A stretch of DNA of 32,000 nt. It comes from Edaphobacter aggregans. GTDB lineage: Bacteria; Acidobacteriota; Terriglobia; Terriglobales; Acidobacteriaceae. Positions 26,901 to 32,000 of the stretch are shown here, piece by piece (positions within the stretch are counted from its first letter, which is position 1; every line of letters begins with the position of its first letter). The DNA lies in contig NZ_RSDW01000001.1 in assembly GCF_003945235.1 (NCBI RefSeq), positions 2,610,001-2,642,000 on the forward strand, read 5' to 3'. The notes beneath the pieces were generated by a model. The model searched no databases and was not told the origin of the DNA. It worked only from the letters and a program-made list of their open reading frames with translations. The translations under genes and the position numbers were made by a program.

Positions 26901-27677
26901 AGAATGGCTCTCTGACTTGGAAAGCACCGCCAGCATAAGCGCCATCCCGCTGAACGCCGTAGCCTCAAACACACTCGCCCACTCGTTCCCCACGTTCGTA
27001 TAAGGATCGGCAATTGCCCGGGGGATATGCAGCATCGGCACCCAGAGAAAGATCATCACTCCCACCAGCAACGAAGCCAGCCAAGCCACGCGCTTCACCA
27101 CGATTCCCAAACCTCCAGCGATCAACGCCACAGCAGCAAAGTACGTCCAGAACATCGGAGCACCGACCCAACCCGGAACAAGCATGGCAACGAATTTGGC
27201 ATAGAGGAAGTGGTCGATGCCAAAGACGATAAGCAAAAACGCAAAGAAATACCTCCCAAGCGGCAGCGCCCTCTCAAGCCACCGAGGCAACTCCCCTTCC
27301 TTCGATAGCGACATTGCCGCGATCCACGCCCCACCCGCCAGCGCAAGCTCCTTGATGGTATTCGTCCACGCCCCCAGCACCGCCCTATACGCTCCCGACA
27401 ACTGGTTCGGAATATGCGCGATCAGTACAAGGACCACCAGCGCAACGCCGGTCCACGCCGCCACCTTCTTGCCCTTCAGGTCAAAGAGAATGGCGATCCC
27501 AGCAGCAGTCAGCGCCGCTCCCACCACGTACACGCACAACAGCCGGAGCGGCAACCATGCCGGAAAAACCGGAATGATGACCCCGGGAAAATCTTTAAAG
27601 TAGAAGTGCATCAGGCCAATCGAAGCTAGCCCAAAAGCATACAAGGAGCGTCCCACTGGAAGAACCCACTTTGACAT
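26895..27677 (-). CDS. Integral membrane protein, about 8 TM helices (DoxX-like; function unknown)
   Basis: 260-aa hydrophobic ORF with regularly spaced helices. Its 3' end overlaps the convergent HNH gene by 6 nt. Confidence 0.7.
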   Translation of the reverse strand: MSKWVLPVGRSLYAFGLASIGLMHFYFKDFPGVIIPVFPAWLPLRLLCVYVVGAALTAAGIAILFDLKGKKVAAWTGVALVVLVLIAHIPNQLSGAYRAVLGAWTNTIKELALAGGAWIAAMSLSKEGELPRWLERALPLGRYFFAFLLIVFGIDHFLYAKFVAMLVPGWVGAPMFWTYFAAVALIAGGLGIVVKRVAWLASLLVGVMIFLWVPMLHIPRAIADPYTNVGNEWASVFEATAFSGMALMLAVLSKSESHSS

Positions 27678-27742
27678 AGCGCGAGTCTAGCCCACGTGGA
27701 TTCGACCCATCAGGCCATTTATCACAAAACTTCTATGCCACC

Positions 27743-28285
27743 TCAAACTCCCCCTCCCACCCTCGATCCCTTCTCCAACCGCAGCGTACCCTCCCGAGCC
27801 CGACACTTCATCGCCAGCGTACCCTCCCGCAGCGCCCGCTCGATCATCTCCTCCGCGACCTCACGCAACGAAGCCTCCTGACACGCCAGCAACGCAATCC
27901 CCTCAATCGCTGAGCACCGCGCCACATTGCTCTCATCCTCCATCAGCAATTCCATCAGCCTCGCAGCCCGCAACCGCTGCTCCCGCGTATGCGCCACCCG
28001 AGCCACGACCAGCCCCAAATGCCAACGTGTCCGCGACTCCTCCAGCGACACCTCCGCAAGCAGACCAGCCAGTTCGTCAGCATAATGTTCCAGAGGCACC
28101 GAATCCCGCTCCGTAATTCTCCGAGCCACATCCGCCGCCCTCTTGCGCAACTCCGGATCATCGCCAAACATCGCCCCCACCAGCGCTTTGATCGCGGACT
28201 TATCGCCTGAAATCCTGCGAGCCGTCCCCCGAGCCCGCTCCAGGCCCCACCTGCCCCGACGCATCTCAGCAGCCAAGCTCTCCAT
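27743..28285 (-). CDS. Helical-repeat (HEAT/ARM-like) protein, function unknown
   Basis: It is the longest ORF in this interval. The all-helical sequence has repeated ~35-aa units (DDPELRKRAADVARRI..., ESRTRWHLGLVVARV..., DESNVARCSAIEGIALL...). I chose ATG 28285. Confidence 0.5.
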   Translation of the reverse strand: MESLAAEMRRGRWGLERARGTARRISGDKSAIKALVGAMFGDDPELRKRAADVARRITERDSVPLEHYADELAGLLAEVSLEESRTRWHLGLVVARVAHTREQRLRAARLMELLMEDESNVARCSAIEGIALLACQEASLREVAEEMIERALREGTLAMKCRAREGTLRLEKGSRVGGGV

Positions 28286-28383
28286 GCGGCGGAGTATAGC
28301 AAGTCTCTGCGTCGTTGACGCCGCAACCGGACAGCAAAAAGCCCCGGCCAAAGCCGAGGCATTTCACCAATCCAAAATAAAAC

Positions 28384-29055
28384 TTACTCGCCCGCCGTAG
28401 CACCACGCCCAGACCAACGCGCAGGCCGAACCGAGTCGTGCGCAACAGCACGATGAGATGCCAGTCCATAAGACCACTGCCGCACCGGCCCCACATCCAC
28501 ATGCACAAACTCGTTTACCGGATAGTACCCAACCCCACCGGCATGAAGGCTCAACGCGGCATCCCGCAGCGTGGTCGTAGCCACACCTGGAACGCGAATG
28601 TCGATCGCCTTGGCCAGCATATGCTGACTATGTTCAGCCACGCCGCTCGAAGCTCGCCCCTGGCGCAAAAACGCGTTGCTCCACGGGGTCCGATACCCAC
28701 AAACAATGTCGATCACGCCATTTGGCTTCCCTAGCTTAGCCATCAGGGCATGCAGGACGTCGAACTCCTTCGGGTCGTAGCTGCTCACATCCTGCGTACG
28801 ATGATCCCGCAAAAAGTGGTTCAGCTTATCGAGCCCCGCAGGAACATACGTATCCCCCACCCGATAGACCACATCAATGCTCTCGCCGGTATGCAGATGA
28901 TGCAGCCGCAGATGGTACTGTTCCGCCGCGCCAGCCAGCGTACTTGTCCCAGTGGTTGCCCGGTCCTCTGCCGCCTTCACCAGGCCGCTCAAGCCAAACA
29001 ACACCGCCGCCGTCGCAACAACTACCGTTACGCTTCGTTTAAAAGAGATCCGCAT
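28384..29055 (-). CDS. DUF882 / YcbK(MepK)-like peptidase M15A family protein (putative murein L,D-endopeptidase)
   Basis: Signal peptide MRISFKRSVTVVVATAAVLFGLSGLVKA. Motifs HLHTGE, FLRDHRT, CGYRTP..N, HSQHMLAKAIDIRVPG and GVGYYP..EFVHVDVGPVRQW. Confidence 0.8.
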   Translation of the reverse strand: MRISFKRSVTVVVATAAVLFGLSGLVKAAEDRATTGTSTLAGAAEQYHLRLHHLHTGESIDVVYRVGDTYVPAGLDKLNHFLRDHRTQDVSSYDPKEFDVLHALMAKLGKPNGVIDIVCGYRTPWSNAFLRQGRASSGVAEHSQHMLAKAIDIRVPGVATTTLRDAALSLHAGGVGYYPVNEFVHVDVGPVRQWSYGLASHRAVAHDSVRPARWSGRGATAGE

Positions 29056-29274
29056 CCACACTCCAAGGCCGTCAGACAAACCAAATCAAAACCTCAAATG
29101 CGATTTCGGTTCCGCCATTTGCCTTATCCATTTTACCGAACCCACCCCTCCCACGCCGCACACAAGCCCCCGCCCGAGTGTAACTTTTGTGTCATTTAAG
29201 CCACACCTTGCCCCAAAAACCAAGCATCTTGCTCCCATGACACAGCCGAAACCGCTTTGTGGCACCCTATAAAT

Positions 29275-29970
29275 ATGAAGCTCGATCCCGTCCAGACCCG
29301 CGTCCTAGGCTCCCTTATCGAAAAAGAGATCACCACTCCGGAGAACTACCCACTCTCGCTGAACGCTCTCATCAACGCCTGCAACCAGCGCTCCAGCCGA
29401 GACCCTGTGCTCGAACTCACCGAAGACGAAGTCCGCCAGGCGCTCCACACCCTCGCCGACCTGAACCTTACCTCCACCGTGCACGACAGCCGCGTCCCCA
29501 AGTATGAGCACCGCATCCGCACCGTCCTGAACCTGCGCCGCGACGAGACCGCCGTCCTTTGCCTCCTGATGCTGCGCGGCCCCCAAACCCCTGGCGAACT
29601 CCGCAGCCGCGCCGATCGTCTCTACACCTTCGACGACATCGGCGCCGTCCAGTCCACGCTCGACCGCCTCGCCTCTCGCCCATCCGCCGAAGAAGATCCC
29701 TCCAACCCCACCGCCACCGGCCCGTTGACCACGATCCTCCCACGCCAGCCTGGCTCGCGCGAATCCCGCCACGCCCATCTCCTCGGCACCCAGCCTGAGC
29801 CATCAGCCACGCAGCATCGCTCCGTTCCCAGCAACGCAGACGAGTCCACCACCCTCGAACGCATCGCCCGGATGGAGGCCGAGATCGCCTTTCTTTCCAC
29901 CACGCTTCAGGCGCTCGAGGCCCGTGTCGGTCACTTGGAATCCAAGCCTTTAAGCGACGGGATGCAATAA
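29275..29970 (+). CDS. yceH: YceH-family protein (DUF480/UPF0502)
   Basis: RVLGSLIEKEITTPENYPLSLNALINACNQRSSRDPV, LLMLRGPQTPGELRSRADRLYTF and PGSRESRHAHLL closely parallel E. coli YceH. I chose ATG 29275. Confidence 0.8.
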   Translation: MKLDPVQTRVLGSLIEKEITTPENYPLSLNALINACNQRSSRDPVLELTEDEVRQALHTLADLNLTSTVHDSRVPKYEHRIRTVLNLRRDETAVLCLLMLRGPQTPGELRSRADRLYTFDDIGAVQSTLDRLASRPSAEEDPSNPTATGPLTTILPRQPGSRESRHAHLLGTQPEPSATQHRSVPSNADESTTLERIARMEAEIAFLSTTLQALEARVGHLESKPLSDGMQ

Positions 29971-30018
29971 AAACGTTCCCTCTATGTAAGATAGTGCAAC
30001 ACCCAGAAGGCCAGATCT

Positions 30019-32000
30019 ATGCCCGACTCGCCCACCATCAACGCCGAACCGTCGATCGAACGGCAGAGCACTGGCCGGCGCACCGAAGATGCCCGGCGAG
30101 ACTATCTGGCCCGTCTCCTCAGCCAGATGCCCGAGGCGATTGTCTGCTTTGACCGCGAATGGCGCATAACCTTTGCGAACGCTGAAGCCCACCGGGTCAG
30201 CCGGATCAAGCCTGTTCATCTGAACGGCAAGAGCCACTGGGAGCTCTTTCCCGAGATGGTGGGCACACAGCTCGAACGAACTTATCGCGCCGTCATGCAG
30301 TCCGGCGTGCCTGCCCATATCGAATATTTCTGCAAGCCCTACGACGTCTGGCTGGACACCCACGTCTTCCCTATGGAAGACGGTATCGCCGTCTACTTCC
30401 GCGATATCACCGATCGCAAGGGCGCTGAGCTTCTCCGCGACGCAGCCTCCAACCAGCTCATGCAGGTCCTCGAGGCCACCACCGATGCCGTGGCCAGCGT
30501 CGACCGCTCCGGCAAATTCACCTTCCTCAACCGTCGCGCCCGCGAACTGCTCGCCGTCAAGGGCGATCTCATCGGCAAAAACCTCTTCGAGGAGTTCCCC
30601 GCTGACCTCGAACAAGGCGGCTACCTCTACCACTTCAACCGCGCCATGTACGAAGGCATTCCCGGCGACTTCGAAGACTACTATCCCGCGCCGCTCAACA
30701 TGTGGCTCTCCATCCAGGTCCGCCCATCCACCGACGGCGTCGTCATCTTTTTCCGCAACATCACCGAGCGTCGGCGCGCGTACCACGAACTCCAGTTCCA
30801 GCAGGAGTTGCTCAACACCGTCCAGCAGACCGCGCGCGTCGCCACCTGGGACATCGATATCGCTACCGGCAAAGCCACCTACGGCCCCGGCTCCTACCCC
30901 GTCTTCGGCCATCCCCTCGCCGAGCTTCCCGATCTCAATTCCTTCACCAAAATCGTCCTCCCCGAGTATGTCCCGATCATCGACAGGCTCATCAAAACGA
31001 CCGTCGCCACCGGCGAAATGATCGTCGTCGACTGCCCCATGCGAGCCGCCGACGGCAGCATCATCTGGATCGAAAGCCGCGGCCACGCCGTCCAGGTCGA
31101 TGGCGTCTCCACCCGTCTGCGGGGCCTCAGCATCGACATCACGGACCGCAAGCACAACGAAGACGCACTCATCACCAGCGAGGCCCGCTATCGCATCCTC
31201 GCCGACCTCAACCCTCAGGCCATCTGGATGGGCACACCTGACGGACGTATCACCTACGCCAACCAGGGCCTGCTCGATTACCTCGGCTTCACTCCGGAAG
31301 ATTTCGAAGGCGAACGCTGGCTCAAAGGCTTTCATCCCGACGACCGCGCCAGCGTCATCGAACAATGGTCCCACTCCGTCGCCACAGGCCTCGACTACGA
31401 TCTCGAAGCCCGCATGATCCGCGCCCGCGACGGCCGTGCCCGCTGGTGGTGGATCCGTGCCCAGCCCGTCCGCGACGACCACGGCAACATCCTCCACTGG
31501 CTCGGTGTCAACATCGACATCGACGACCGCAAGACCTTCGCCGAAATGCTCCAGCAGCGCCAAGAGGAGACCGAGCGTCAACGCGCCGAACTCGAGACCA
31601 TCTACGAGACCGCTCCTGTAGGCCTCGCCCTCTTCGATCCCGTCGAGTTCCGCTACCTCCGCGTAAACACCCGTCAGGCCGAAACCATCGGTCTCCCCAA
31701 GGACCAGATCATCGGCCGCCGCATCACCGAGATCGCCCCACTGAAGGGCCTCCCCGAGCTCTTCCAGCAAGTCGCCGCTGGCCATCCCGTCCGCAACCAT
31801 CTCCTCGAAGGCGAACTCTCCACCCGGCCCGGCGAGCACCGCAGTTGGAACGTCAGCTACTCCCCGATCTACGACGCCAACGGTCACGTCGAAGCCATCG
31901 CCGCTGTTGTCCTCGAGATCACCAACCAACGCAAAGCCGAAGCCGCCCTCATGCAGAGCGAGAAGCTCGCCGCCGTCGGTCGCCTTGCCAGCTCCATCTC
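30019..32000 (+). CDS. Multi-PAS sensor histidine kinase, 3' end truncated by the window (five PAS-like modules, then the start of HisKA)
   Basis: My own translation from ATG 30019 is open to the window end. It shows repeated PAS signatures (F.D..WRITFAN, VYFRDITDRK, VIFFRNITERRR, GLSIDITDRKHNE, GVNIDIDDRK, AVVLEITNQRKAE) and ends with LMQSEKLAAVGRLASSI, the typical HisKA entry. It is absent from the ORF track because no stop codon is reached. Confidence 0.85.
   Translation, partial: MPDSPTINAEPSIERQSTGRRTEDARRDYLARLLSQMPEAIVCFDREWRITFANAEAHRVSRIKPVHLNGKSHWELFPEMVGTQLERTYRAVMQSGVPAHIEYFCKPYDVWLDTHVFPMEDGIAVYFRDITDRKGAELLRDAASNQLMQVLEATTDAVASVDRSGKFTFLNRRARELLAVKGDLIGKNLFEEFPADLEQGGYLYHFNRAMYEGIPGDFEDYYPAPLNMWLSIQVRPSTDGVVIFFRNITERRRAYHELQFQQELLNTVQQTARVATWDIDIATGKATYGPGSYPVFGHPLAELPDLNSFTKIVLPEYVPIIDRLIKTTVATGEMIVVDCPMRAADGSIIWIESRGHAVQVDGVSTRLRGLSIDITDRKHNEDALITSEARYRILADLNPQAIWMGTPDGRITYANQGLLDYLGFTPEDFEGERWLKGFHPDDRASVIEQWSHSVATGLDYDLEARMIRARDGRARWWWIRAQPVRDDHGNILHWLGVNIDIDDRKTFAEMLQQRQEETERQRAELETIYETAPVGLALFDPVEFRYLRVNTRQAETIGLPKDQIIGRRITEIAPLKGLPELFQQVAAGHPVRNHLLEGELSTRPGEHRSWNVSYSPIYDANGHVEAIAAVVLEITNQRKAEAALMQSEKLAAVGRLASSI

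Noticed and set aside
29950-31929. 659-aa ORF on the minus strand
   Set aside because: It is a shadow of the plus-strand multi-PAS histidine kinase gene. The product is low-complexity G/A/V/D/E with no start context.

Overview
High-GC (about 60%) chromosomal segment. Gene content and protein families look like Acidobacteriota (Terriglobia-like); this taxonomic call is inference only. I can support about 31 protein-coding genes on both strands, mostly envelope, metabolic and sensory functions. I saw no rRNA, tRNA, CRISPR array, transposase or integrase. Several very long ORFs in the track (5421-7004 minus, 24071-26161 minus, 29950-31929 minus) are antisense shadows of real genes, as is common in GC-rich DNA. 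The most interesting locus is a tightly coupled two-gene operon at 10428-13654. It encodes a small Trypco1-like (CU044_2847-like) protein followed by a 951-aa CHAT (caspase-fold) protease. The CHAT domain is tethered by a polyproline / charged-helix / polyproline stalk to one transmembrane helix and a Cys-paired TPR/Sel1-like repeat domain predicted to be extracytoplasmic. No NTPase or known effector is adjacent, so this looks like an uncharacterised transmembrane protease signalling or conflict module. Other notable items:
- A 697-aa radical-SAM enzyme whose N-terminus resembles the archaeal tetraether synthase (Tes/GDGT-MAS, COG1964-like) family (24053-26146).
- A single-gene low-GC island encoding an SRA(YDG)-HNH modification-dependent nuclease (26211-26900).
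- A frameshifted MocR-type regulator (8788-10222).
- A lipoprotein with repeated DPDRPT(M/L)KR motifs (13745-15451).
- A tandem pair of uncharacterised secreted paralogs (21925-23738).
- A multi-PAS histidine kinase that is absent from the ORF track because it runs off the window (30019 to beyond 32000).
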